This document shows positions 22,520 to 35,116 of a DNA stretch of 64,000 bases, piece after piece. This DNA is from Mytilus edulis (lineage: Eukaryota). Under the pieces are notes generated by a model. It worked only from the letters and a program-made list of their open reading frames with translations, was not told the DNA's origin and ran no database searches. The stretch lies in contig NC_092346.1 of assembly GCF_963676685.1 (NCBI RefSeq), forward strand, positions 44,702,001-44,766,000, read 5' to 3'. Within the stretch, counting starts at the first letter, position 1; every line of letters starts with the position of its first letter. A program made the translations under genes and the position numbers.

Positions 22520-25500
22520 CGAGTTCTGTGCCACAGGGCCGATGATCGGCCCAAAGTCATACTCCTTTCAGTGCCAAAGGGCCGATTCATCGGCCGATTG
22601 AAATGATGTTATGAACTACGTAATGTACTATGACGTCGCCGTTTTTGTGATAAATTAAATTCCTCCGTCTTGAAATATTCGCGCGTTTTTTACCAAGATT
22701 AAAGATATGAAAGGGGAGCTTTGTTATGAAATTTACGAAAATAAAATTATGAAAGGATGCGTTTATAAATATGTATATAATATTTAGAACTATAGAGTCT
22801 CAAATCCACTCTTTTTTCCGACGCTTTTGCAGTAGGCCATTTAGTATATTTATGCATTCTAGGCTAATGTTCATAAGTTTTTACTTTGCAAAAATTGTAA
22901 GAATATAAAACAAATAAAATTGTGCATACAGAAAATATAGAATATACAAGTTATTCAAATAAGGACAAAAAAAAAACCTTTACAAAGAACGGATAAGAAA
23001 AAAAAATACAAAACTTAAAAAGATGAAAAAGTACGCAAAAAGTGCACTACACACTTGAGTGCCAGGAATATTTGTGATTACTCCCTTTGAGTGCCAAGAA
23101 TCGGCCCTACATAAAGTTGTTTTTTCGAGAGAACGTCATAGACGTAATTATTATACAACGTCATAAACGTCAATGGAATAAATTTGTTCTGCGGAGAGGC
23201 ATTTTTCAGACAAGAAGACGGATAGATAGAGCTGACTTGTTGACGATTTAAACATGCAAACCGATATCTGATAGTTCGAAAACTATGCATTTGTTTGTTT
23301 TTGTACTTTCTTCGTTTTAGATTGTGTATTTTTTCATACTTTTGAGTTCGAAAGAGATGAACAATTTAACTTATAAAAAGGGTGGTTTTTTTTCTTGTTT
23401 CAAAATTATTTATGTTTGAAAGACAAAGCAACAAATTATATTTTATCGCAAAAATTTCTCTCTCAAATATTTTTTTTTCTTGCCTTGTTTTTCCACGAAA
23501 AATCCATGCCCCCTTTTTGCAAGTTAAATTGTCCGCCTCAAAGCGATCGACCTTTTAGCTAAAACAAAATCTCTGTTCATTTTTTTTTACGCGATGCAAC
23601 ATTTTCCTAATAGTTTGGCATTGTAGTTTATGTTAAATATTCCCTTTCAGCTTGTTTTCTTCCCTTAAATGCCAGATTTTTATTTTATTCAAGTGTAGAA
23701 TCAAATTATTTATTTCCGAAAAAAAAACGTGCCCTCCTTCCTCCGAGTTTCAAATGTTCGTTCCATAAGTTAAAGAAAGACAAAACCTTGTCATTAGAAA
23801 ATAAAAATACAGCTTTTAATTCAGTTTATGTTTTTACAAGAATATTTTTTATCATAATTCACAAAACAATTTTTTAACATAGTCATTATTCCATTATTAA
23901 CATTCGTGTCTATGAACACATAACTTGTGCAGTCCCTTCGCGCAGCGTGAACACTCGGTCCTTTTTCTTCTTCGTCTGCCGTTTTTCCTGTCGGAACACA
24001 CAGTACAGTCTTTTTCTTTCCTTTCCGTTAACTTCCGTATTTTTTGTCGTTGTCCAGGATTCTGCTTTCTATTTGATAGATGTTCCTCAGTGAGTCCGTC
24101 ATTTACTTGTTTCACGAATTCAAATCTTGTTAATATTGGGTTATGAGATGTGTGTTGATAATACAGGATATAAGAATTAAGCAGTATTCTGTGAAACATG
24201 TGTAATATAATTTTTTTCCATACTTTGGTTTGTTTTTTGTGATCGTTATAAAATGCCATCATTTAATCCGAAAGGTCTACACCGCCCATGAAGTTGTTGT
24301 ACGCGTTAACGATAAGTGGTTTTGCATTCATTGCTCAGACAGCGCTATAAAACGTAGACACTAGCTTTACCTGCTTACGTCGATTCTGTTCTCGGAAGGT
24401 GCACAACAGTATGGGTCCCTGTCTAGCATAAGTTGTCTGTCCTGGATCGGGATTAGCGTTCTTAATCATGTTAGGCATGGGTCGTTTTTTTCGTAAAGTA
24501 CCTGTAAGGTGGGTTCTCTGAACAAGGAGTGTTCTTGTAAGATTTAAGGATGAGAAGAAATTGTCCGTAAAAACATGATACCATTTATTAAGCAGATCAG
24601 CAGATTGTAACAATTTAATTACCACGTTTGTTCCTTGTAATGTACCAGCAGGGAGAGCGGGTTCGAAAGTTTTGCCGAGATAAATGTGCATTTGTAAAAC
24701 GTATCCCGTAACAGCTTCCGCGAGAACCCATAATTTTATTCCGAAGCGGGATCTTTTGCTCGGAATGTATTGCAACACTGCCGTTTTACCTTTTGTTCCG
24801 ACCAACGTCTCGTCGACTGACAACTCCCGTCTTGGTCTATAGTAGTACAGAAATTTTCTATTTACGAAGTCAATTAATGGTTTAACTCTTGAAGCCGGAT
24901 TGTAGTTTTGGTTATTTCTTGCCGGGATCTTTTTACAGTCTACAATATGCAAGAATTTTAAAACATTTTGAAAGCGATTGCGGGCAAAAGTCATTCTAAA
25001 CCATGGAGTAGATTGAGACATGTTTTTTCGATTCCAATATTCTTTTATAGAGCTTTTCCTATTTAATCCCATATTGAAAAGGACGCCTAAAAAAGCCTTG
25101 AACTCGGAAATTGTAAGCTTTCCTTCTTTTCTCCACTGACATTTCCTGGAAAATCTACCAGTCTGGAATCTAGTTCTGTCATACAGGTCTGTAGCATATC
25201 TGAAAATTGTAATGATTGTTATTGAAAGATTATGATCAATTAAGATTACTTTTATTTTTTTATTTTAGAAAAAGCACCTTTATAATCCTACATGTATGCC
25301 TTGAAGAAATAATCCTAATTTAAGCCGTCTTTCTCGTTTGCCAATTTTGATGTCCTTCAGACAGAATCTTTAATAAAAGAATGATATTCTATGTTGTCAT
25401 ATAAGTGAAAACCCATCCAAAAACATATTTTATTCAATTTATCGGAATATTATCACTCGTTCTTCGCGTGAAAACTTTTGTTTTCATTGACTCGGTCCTT

Positions 25501-25997
25501 GTGTGTGTGTGTCTGTGTGTGTGTTTTGTTTTTTTTGGCTTTTCAATAATTAAAAAAAATTTTTTATCGTTTTTCCTGCAAGAACTTTCACTTGGTTCCG
25601 AAACTAGTAATCGCTGAAAACTAAGAATTAAGAATAAAAATTTCTGAATAAAAATCTTTCAAGATTTGTACCTTCACAAATTCTTTCATTAAATCCAATG
25701 AGAAGAGTAGATAAAAGTACAGAATAGGAGGAGAATCTCTCGGTGGCATCCTGATGGGCCCAGATGCAGCTCCGTGAAATGGTGTGTTCTGCTCTGCCTC
25801 TGGTGGAAACACACGGAACCAAATTGGCTGATCTCCCGGTGCGGCCATTTTTGACAGCGTCGCTGGCCGTAGGTTTGACTGTGACGTCACATACTTTGTG
25901 ACGTTAAACCAAATTCAAAAATTGGGCTGGGCCGATCTTTGGCACTCAAAGGGAGCATAACAAGATCGGCCAAATCGGCCCTATGGCACATAGGAGG
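22520..25997 (-). mobile_element. piggyBac transposon
   Basis: TTAA at 22516-22519 and 25998-26001, imperfect inverted termini containing TGTGCCAYAGGGCCGAT and CTCCYTTYAGTGCCAAAG-like motifs. A second left-end-like motif lies at ~23052-23106, so the left boundary is uncertain. Confidence 0.75.
23897..25890 (-). pseudogene. piggyBac (PGBD4-like) DDD transposase, inactivated, with an apparent intron
   Basis: Catalytic motifs SVDETLV, VFTDNFFSS and YNNFMGGVDLSD, plus a C-terminal Cys-rich domain CTVC...CSRC...HKLC. In-frame stops at 24335-24337 and 24263-24265. The N-terminal segment 25890-~25665 is separated from YATDLY...EFKAFLG (acceptor ttttcag, exon from 25199) by ~470 nt of AT-rich sequence. 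Confidence 0.9.
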
Positions 25998-26064
25998 TTA
26001 ATGACGTAATTAATCTAATGACGTTGATTCGTTAACGCAACCATCGGATTATGGCTTATCCTTA

Positions 26065-29000
26065 TAGTACTGCAACTGACATCGAAAAAGACGCTTAGTT
26101 AACGAGTTTAATGGTCCGGAATAACGGCTGCAAATTGTTTTAAATGATAGAGTAATATCTATATTTTAATTTCCGTCGGGTCGTAAAAAGTTTCTATGGT
26201 CACATTTTTGTATTTTATCCCTTTAATGGGGGTACCCCTCAATTTACGGTTTTGGGTAGTTACCTTAAAATCCAAAAATATATTTTTTGGTTAATTTTCC
26301 CGCTATTTTCGTAAATATTTTCTATGCACATATCATCAAGGATCATCGGAATGATGAAGACATAAATATAATACCATCTCCAAGTAAAACTTTCAAACTT
26401 AAAGTTGGCTGATTTTTTAGATAGAAATTTAACGCGTTTTTCTTTGAAAACGAGAAAACATATGATTTAAAAAACAGTATTTGACATTTGAGAGTACAAA
26501 ACATATTATTGCGATACTGCATGCAAATATTTTTGGGCAAATTCCAAACAATTTTGTCAAAAACTCAAAAATAAAAACATCATTTGTACCTTTTTTAATT
26601 ACGGAAATTTCCTATCCGTCAATCAGCTCCACCATTTATTTTTTCCTTCACAATCAATTTGATAGTTTCGATGTGATTATGTAGATTTTGTAGGAGAAGT
26701 TAATTTATTTTTGAGTGATTTGAATATATTTAGTAGTTCTTTCGTGTATTTTCTGTAAAAAAGTATATTTTTGTTAATGAAATTTTGACTTTATATAAAA
26801 GTTAACCAAATCCTTCGGATAAGAGGTTTTTCCGGATAATGACTATAGTTGACATTGTGTGAAAATACATTGTATATCAATGTTTAACCTCAGAGCAATT
26901 AATATGCATGCAAGTGGTCGGGGGAAAAGTACTCTTGAAGTTTCGCAGAGATTTGGTGTGTGACAAGGTGATGCTAAAACCAACTTCTCTTGAAATTCTG
27001 CTTTCCGTGGGCGAATCATCAGTGATGTTATGATACTTGCACCAGAAGGCAAACTTGGTGTGCATCTTTAAATTAGATTGATTGATTGATTGTTGGTTGC
27101 TTAACGTCCAGTGGCAAATGTTTCATGCATTTTCAGGATGAGAACAAGTTAACAATAAAAACAATAGGTAGGTTTTGTCATAATAGAGGCCATTCGGGAT
27201 GATGATCTGGAAAATTTAGACTGCCAATGGAAAATGATGGTATATTGGATTGGGACAGAAATTGTCCATTGCAACATGCCACCTACGGACCCCTCAAAGA
27301 GTTGATGCAAGGGTTTTTAACGTGCAAAGAACGTGACACTATCTTTACACGAGGCATCGGAATTAACGTCCCCATTCTGACCGGACGTGACTGCGAACTT
27401 GATACATCCCGCACAGCCAAACGGACGCCCCACTTCGTTTTACTGCCGGTCGGGGGAAGACCAAGTGACCATATTTCGTTTCCCCAGCCACCCTTGGGGA
27501 ACATCAAATTAGAAACAACAGAAATCCATATATGTGATCAAACTAATCGACATGTATCCTCACAACCTGACACTTTTATACGATCTCGCGCTCAGTTGCT
27601 TCCTTGTAGTTTGGATATGAAAACTGGGTTTTTGTGTAAAAGAAAAACCTTTAAAAAAAACCCAGAAAACTACGCAAAAGTGAGTCCTTCGAACGTGTTG
27701 ACAGTCTTTTAAGTTGTGCTTATTAATGTGAGTAATCATTTATCCATGCATAACCAAGTACTTATTGAAGTCAACATCTGTGCAATTAAGTAAAACAGTT
27801 TCTGAAAAATTAGAATTTGAACTTGCTGTCAGTTCATTAATAACGATTGTTAGTGATGTGATTTGTTCCTCCATAAGAAAAGCCTTTCTCATGTAGCACA
27901 TCCTCTATATATACCGATCAATGTTATCTAAGATTGTCTCTGATGCTTACCAAACTGCCAAACTCCAGAACTAACTAGATATTGTGACACCATACAATAC
28001 AGACACAGTGGGGCCAAGGGATATGAAATATGGAGTTTAGCTTTGAACTCAATTTAGGGGAAGCCATATCTGCTGCAAGAAAATTGAAGTCTATGTTAAG
28101 ACTTTCAGAATTACACCAAAGTGTGTCTGAAATATCAAGGATACATTAAAAGAAGAACAATTACTTCACCCTGCCACCAGTGCTCTTATGAGATATGTCA
28201 ATGTTTTGGTATTTCTATGGAAATGATGCCCGCATAGCTTGTTAATAGATATAGGAAGATGTGATATGAGTGCCAATGCTACCATTAAAGGTCACGGTCC
28301 GGTCTTCAACACGGAGCCTATGCTCCAAAATTCATTTGTTAGTTAATTGATGAAAAATAACACAAAGGCGCTTCTGAACCGTATATTGTCCCTAAAGATA
28401 ACAAAAATTCGTAAACGTATGGCTATTACAAAATCAATCGTTTCTGTAGCAACATTCGCCCCATTACATTTGGGATTGGCAGTGCAGTTACATCATGCAT
28501 ATGCATATGGGAATATAGGTCACGAACATTGATCGAAACTTTGTACTCACATTTCTTTTGTGTTTCCTATGCAAAGGTAAGACTATATCTGACGAGTTTG
28601 ACCGAATCATGACGGTATTTACGCTCCAGATAGCATTTGTACTCAAAAACTGTGTTTGCTTTGAACAAACTCTGTCCTGCGCCTAACTTGTTCTTATAAA
28701 AAAAGGGACCTCGCATTCGCCTCGGGTGACTATAGTATATTTTGTGTTATAACTGCTCTGTCCAGACTTTGCAAAAACACAATATGTATTTATCTATAAC
28801 TAGATACTAATTTTCACAAAATACACAACCTTTAAGATGCAAAATTAAAAACACTGTTTCAGCGCTTGAATTTTGTTTTTTTCAAAGATAGAAAAAATAT
28901 TGAAATAATTTGATAAAGTTGTGTTTTAAACTTTAAAAAATAATTCTGTAATATACTATAGTGAAATACTATACACAATATGAAAGTTTATGGATGTGAA

Positions 29001-29394
29001 AAGGTAAAGGCCACTTCTTCTTTTGTTGTGTCTTAAATGGAAAAAAATCAGAAGGTTCCCGATCAACGCCATTTTGAAATGGCAGCTCTTCATATAAGTA
29101 GTCAAATTTGTCGTTTTAACATCGTTTATAGCATATGCTTATGATTGAATCGTTTTTGTAGCATTCTATTGAATAAATATCAGAATATTTCTCCTTTTTG
29201 TCCTTGTGGTTGAAATATTGATATTTTTAGGTCTGACCTTTGACCTCAATTTCACAAAATTGTGACCACTCTGGATTTTTACGACCCAACTTTTCTTATT
29301 GTACACGTTTCCCTCTTTCCATCGATATATAATTTAGGTGTGTGTTCTTCCGGACCATTAAAGTTTTAAAAAATGAACTCTGGTTGCAGTACTA
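26065..29394 (+). mobile_element. Degenerate Academ-like DNA transposon
   Basis: TIRs TAGTACTGCAAC / GTTGCAGTACTA with further inverted motifs (TTTAATGGTCCGGAA; GGGTCGTAAAAA), TTA on both flanks, and a transposase-like remnant PLHLGLAVQLHH...SRTLIETLYSH..CVSYAKVR at ~28460-28597. The superfamily assignment is from memory of TAG..CTA termini and 3-bp TSDs. Confidence 0.6.
27076..27480 (-). mobile_element. SINE-like retroposon with (CAAT)n tail
   Basis: (GATT)n at 27077-27092 and a core TTTAACGTGCAA..ACACG shared with the SINE at 37386-37728. The 161-aa ORF at 27227 is incidental. Confidence 0.6.
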
Positions 29395-30180
29395 TTATCC
29401 GTGGTAAATCCTCGAGTTTATCCTCCCTTGTGAGGGATCACACATAATTTAACCAGAATGTATGACATATAAAAGAATACCGCAGAGAAATTTCAAAATC
29501 ATAGCCTATTTCATGCTGATTTTCACAATTCATTCGACGAAGAAGTTTGTCTTGATAACATACTATTATTAACCATTAAAACGACATCAGAGAACTTTTA
29601 ATTAATGCATGGAATAAATTTCGATAATTTTTTTGTTTTGTTTTTTGTTGCGTTTAATTTTTCTATGCTTTATACAGCATACCTTTATAGAAATTTCAAA
29701 GGCAAAACAGTTAAACGTGAATACAAGAGATACAAGGAAACAAAAATAATATTGTATTTATCGTGTGAAAATGCGATGACCTGTATTGCATAGTAAAAAA
29801 AAAAGAAGATTCTTGCCGGCCAAATTAACATTCCAGGTCAACATGACACTTTTAATTGATACATATAACCTGTGTCCTAGTAAAATACATGTTCTTTGAT
29901 CGGTGCATGTCTTTACTCATTTATTATTTGTCCCTTCTTCTGAAATATAAGAAAACAAAACCGCACACAACCTGAGAACTTTGTGAACAATTATGATTCT
30001 AAATTACAATCATAGTGACTTATTATTGTACGGTTGTCAAGAATTAATGAACACATTATTTTTCATATTAAGATACGAAAATTTCCTATAAAAATAACTC
30101 CGACAATGTAATTTAGATCAGGTCTTCATTTTATACAATTAATTTCCGAAGATCATATAATAAGAAAAAACAACATTTGA

Positions 30181-30984
30181 GAAAATTGCTTGGTTGAAAA
30201 GAAGAGATTGTTCTGTATGTTCTGTACGGAATTTCTCTGGTGGCAGGAAAAGGCCGAAAATGTATATGCATGTGTGCTCTCATAAAATTGTTCATAAATT
30301 ATGTATACTAATAAATATAAGAAACACGGCAGACGATGTAACACTGACGAATAGAATATCTTTCTTGAGAAATGGTTATATTAATCTTGAATTTTGTAAA
30401 ACCAAGCTCATATAATGAAGTTGTTAAAAAAGAATAACCATAAACTTTCTTTAATTTATTAGTAGTGACAAATTAAATTGCATTATCTCTGTTCGTATTA
30501 CCGAATTTTTACCAGGGAGTATGTGCCGTGATTTTAAGACAGGTTACATTTTCCGTGGTGGGACATTTCTGGTATCAATTCAAGAGAGGGCAACTAAAAG
30601 AAGTAGAGTCAAACTTACAATGGGTTCAATTATTTTGTCATGTTTCATGGACACATAAAATAGTTACCGGCCCTCCTCCTGCCTGGCCCATAAAAAAGGT
30701 TGTATTTTACGTTATTTAGTTGCTCTAACTAGAATCGGGACCAGAATATCTTTTATAACACGTAACTTGTCTAAATAATAACTCCGGGGTGAAAAATCGG
30801 TAATATTTATAAGAAAATGGACTTTTTTTAAAAAAGGTTTATTATTCCCGCCATTTTCAGTTACAATCTTTTTGGCGCTATCATACTTGTACTATGACGT
30901 CGCCGTTTTTGCGTTATCGGAAAGACAATAAAAAAAAGCATTGGCACTGACGGGGTTTTGTTTAAAATTTATTTGGCAGTGAAA
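30181..30984 (+). mobile_element. Second, older piggyBac remnant (Cys-rich domain and 3' end)
   Basis: KRRDCSVCS...VHKLC resembles the CRD at 23897-24020. The terminus TTGGCACTGACGGGG...TTTGGCAGTGAAA resembles piggyBac ends. Confidence 0.6.
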
Positions 30985-31123
30985 CTTAAAAGATTTAAAC
31001 TGAACTATTATGGTCCAATATCCAAAATCTAAATGCATGGCCATGGATTGATTCAGCATATCAAACTAAAGAATCCCAAGAATTCAATTTTTGATGAAAT
31101 CAAACAAAGTTTAATTTTGGAGC

Positions 31124-31415
31124 CCTTTCGCTGCCAAACAAATTGTTTAATAACAAAACCCCTTCAGTGCCGATGCTTTTTTTGATTGTCTTTTAACAAG
31201 ACCGCAAAAACGTCGACGTCAAGTAAAGGTATAATAGCGCCAAAAGATGTTAACTGCAAGTGGCGGGAAAATTAAACTTTTTTTACTAATAGTCCATTTT
31301 CTTACATATAATACCGATTTTTGACTCCGAAGTTATAATATTTAATATTTAGACAAGTTACGTGTGATAAGATATTCTGGTCCCGGTTCTAGTAAAAGCA
31401 ACAAGATAAGGTAAA
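31124..31415 (-). repeat. Inverted copy of the piggyBac-like end at 30705-30984
   Basis: Reverse-complement match over ~290 bp (for example AGAAAATGGACT/AGTCCATTTTCT and GGGACCAGAATATC/GATATTCTGGTCCC). Confidence 0.75.
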
Positions 31416-32429
31416 TTTTTTTTGAGGGAGGGGTCACTATTATATGTTTTCCATGAGTTTTTTCGTTATCTTCATATAGAAATATCAGTATACTTCAAAA
31501 ACATAAAGACCTGAACATAAACTGCAGAAAACATGGAAAATCATGGCGATAATCCACATTTGATAAAAGTAATCCTCAATGTTAAAAACAACAATTTGCA
31601 GACATGTAGGGTTCAAATTTTGGCAGTGATTCGCCTACTATTCAAGAGTTATGCCCCCTTTCAAATGGGAACATTCTGAATGTTTTCATTTCCCCACTCT
31701 TTCTTACGTCATGCAAATATTATGAATCTCATATACATTACTGAGAATCACAACATGTAAACAGGATTCGAATTTCGGTATTTGCCGTTCTAAAATTATG
31801 CTCTTTTTTTTAACTCGAAACATTTCAAACCTTTGGGCGGGGCATTTGTGCTCTCAGATAAATTCTTCTTTTAACTTTTATACATAAGTTTACCGGACGT
31901 ATTATAGTATACCGTTGTCCGTCCTTCCTTCCGTCTGTCCGTCCTTGGTCAATATGTCGGACATTAACTAAAAAACGCTTTAACCAGTTCTCATATAACT
32001 TTGGTGAATTGTTTATATCTATTTTTGTGAGCTCCCTTTCGGTTTTTATAAATTGTTTATATCAATAGATGTAAGATCCGTTTTGATTTTCATAAATTTC
32101 TAATATGACATTGAGAATAGATTGAACTTTAAAATTGAGAAAGAAATGGGGAATGTGTCAAAGCGACGACAGCCCGACCATAGAGCAGACAGCAGCCGAA
32201 GGCTACCAATGGGTCTTCAATGTAGCGAGAATTCCCGCACCCGTAGGTGTTAATTACAATCCTTATTCAGACTGGTATCAAGCTTGAATATTGTGTCCAT
32301 TTTTCAGGGTTGGACCTCTGCGGGCGTATACAGCTGCGCTCAGCGAAACAGTTTATTGATGTATATTTTCAATATGAATGCCGTTATTTGTTCTTATCGA
32401 TTTTAAATTTATCTTTAATTATATTGGTA

Positions 32430-33110
32430 GGTCATGCTTGAATGATAGGTGAACAAAATGGAAAATGTGTGAGTCAAGGAACTAAATCAGGAGACTGCAG
32501 AAAATGTATGTATGGGGATGAAAAGGGAGATAGACATCACGATTGTAGGAAAAATCATACTGGAAGTGCAAAGTCAAACTTAGCCGTTGAAATGGTGCAG
32601 TAGCTGCAATGCTATCATGTATAACGGGAAACAACAAATGTTTTTTTTTGCATGGGACCTGTATGCCTTTCCGTTTGTATTGCTAAGTAATATAAACGGT
32701 TGTAGTGTGTTACTGTGTGCATCGTATAAAGATGAATGATAGGACGGCATTTTTTAAGTAATAATATCAAAGACTTATTTTCAATTGTTTCTTTTTCAGG
32801 TTCTGATTGTAGTATCATTCAATTAGCTGCAACATATGACAACCACAATTATAATCGGCATATGGTACTCAGTCAGCGTATCTCGCCATCTGCTTCTAAA
32901 GTAACCGGGTTTTCAAAAAGTAGTTTAATTTTGTATAAAAATGTGGAAATAATACAGACAGACGAAGAAAGTGAATTTTTTAAACAGTTTATTGCTTGGC
33001 TTCCCAAAAATGCATTTTGATTGGTCACAATTCAAAAAATTTTGATTCCAGAATTTTGACTAAGGCTTTACAAAATAATAATATCATAAAGGACTTTGAA
33101 TTAAAAAAAA
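32430..33110 (+). pseudogene. Remnant of a Mutator-like-domain (Kolobok-type) transposase with DEDDh exonuclease
   Basis: GHA*MIGEQNGKCVSQGTKSGDCRKC...HDCRKNHTGSAKS (32430-32576), then IIQLAA...ISPSASKVTG and LIGHNSKNFDSRIL. Broken by stops and frameshifts. Confidence 0.6.
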
Positions 33111-33338
33111 TGAATAAAAGAAATGTTGTGTTTTGTTTACCACAGTCACTGTTTGTCTTTTGGCATTTTCTGAAGTTTTTCCATGACATTGTCAGTTTGT
33201 TTTCGTCTTTGGTACATTTCGTTTCCATTATTGTGCAGCAGCAAATTTTTCATGTATTTTCGGGTCGAAAATGTAATCAATGAATGTATATCGCCATTCG
33301 GGGAATTTTAAAGATACCTTTGATGGTTTCTAAAATTG

Positions 33339-33555
33339 AAATTGAGAATGGAAATGGGGAATGTGTCAAAGAGACAACAACCCGACCATAGAGCAGACAA
33401 CAGCCAAAGGCCACCAATGGGTTTTCAATGCAGCGAGAAACACCCGCATCCGGAGGAGTCCTTCAGTTGGCCTTTAAACAAATATGTTACTAGTTCAGTG
33501 ACAATCGACGTCATACTAAACTCCGAATTATACACAAGAAACCAAAATAAAAAAT
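33339..33555 (+). repeat. Interspersed repeat R3
   Basis: AAATTGAGAATGGAAATGGGGAATGTGTCAAAGAGACAACAACCCGACC..., second copy at ~32131-32247. Confidence 0.7.
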
Positions 33556-35116
33556 CATGCAATCTGTTTACTAAATGTTTATAACTTTTACAGACTCTAC
33601 AATACCAGTCCATTGTTTAAAGATGATTTTCCTTTTATCAATAAATGATTGCCTTAATTGTTGTTCATTGACGTAAACCCACCACTGATAGAAGAAATAA
33701 GTTATACATGACTAGGGTCTCATATAATCCGTAAAAAATAAATATCGGTAACACGTACTATTTATATTTTTTTCAGACAGGATAGTTATTTCACAGGCGC
33801 TATATAGCTCTGAGTCGCTTTTCAAACAGGATAATTATTTCACAGTCACTAAAGCGCATTAGTTTAAGAACAAATTATTATAATAAAAGAGACACCTTGA
33901 TGAAGCGATCGTTGTCCTTATGTGACACTATTTCTATGTTGGTAGACGACGATTCTGCTGGTTGCGTAATCCTTTTCGGCGACGTTATGCAATTTCTATC
34001 TTTTCCCGTCAGCAATACCCTTTCTACGGCTCATATATAGAAAGGGAGTCCGGTAACGATAGGAAAATTATATATCAATAGAAAGGAAAATTCTATCATA
34101 ATTTTTTTTTTTTATAGACATATCGTAGGAATGGTTTGAACTGAACTGCAGATTAAATTAGACTTGAAATTTCTTATTTTTAGCGTAAATTTGACGTTAT
34201 GTCTTTGTACTTCATGGCGTTTTTTCTTACATTTTCTAATGACTGTAACTTTGACAGTAGATTGGTTACCCACTCAAAATTTTTCAATTTTTCTGGTTAT
34301 TTTTAAAAGTTCTATGTGTATACAATTTCTTTAAAAAAAATCGGTGGACAACCCATTTACGTACCTGTTACCTTAAACCATTAAAAAAAGGATTTTTGTT
34401 GTCTGTTATTATGATTATTTCATTGTTCCCAATAAGGGTGGATTGTTGGTTGCTCGCAAACTTTTTCAAAACCGTCACATTCAGTATGTACCTGTCCCAA
34501 ATCAGGTGACTGCTATTCAGTTGTGGTTGGTTATTGTTGTAGATTCTATATGCTAAAAAAATGTGTATTGCTTTGTAAATAAATTAAACCTTTAGATTTA
34601 TCGTTTGAATTGTTTTACACTTGTCTTATTGGGAACTTTATATAGATCACCCCTAGTTTTTGGTGCGGTTCGTGTTGTTTATTCTTTAGTTTTCTATGTT
34701 GTGTCATGTGTACTATTGTTTTTCTGTTTGTCTTTTTCATTTTTAGCAATGGCGTTGTCAGTTTGTTTCAGATTTTTGAGTTTGACTGTCCCTTTGGTAT
34801 CTTTCGTCCCTCTTTTATAGATTTATGTGCGATATTGGTAGTGTTTCGATTGTTGAATACCGAACAAGAGGCGTATTTAGGTGATAGGGTCCCGGATTCC
34901 CCTTATGAAGCTACATATCGGGTAAATGCAAGGGTGTTTTTGCAAACAATGAAGCAACGTCATAGAACATTTCCAGGTTAACGTCCATTTCCGCCCAAGT
35001 TAGTTGCGAAAAATTCGTCATTGCGTACAGATTTCTAGTAACCCGTTCTGCGGTCTTTTATCGTTTATCGTTAATTATCGTATGACAAACTATCCGACTG
35101 TGGAAGAAAATCAACA

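Larger units (their letters stand above)
22352..32350. mobile_element. Fragmented long-TIR MITE hosting nested piggyBac and Academ-like insertions
   Basis: Arm ~22359-22458 (GCTCCGCAGGGCGCAACTTTATACGAC...GGACACAACATTCAAGCTTGATAC) is the inverse of ~32265-32350. It is interrupted at TTAA 22516, and a probable internal piece remains at ~30985-31123. Confidence 0.55.
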
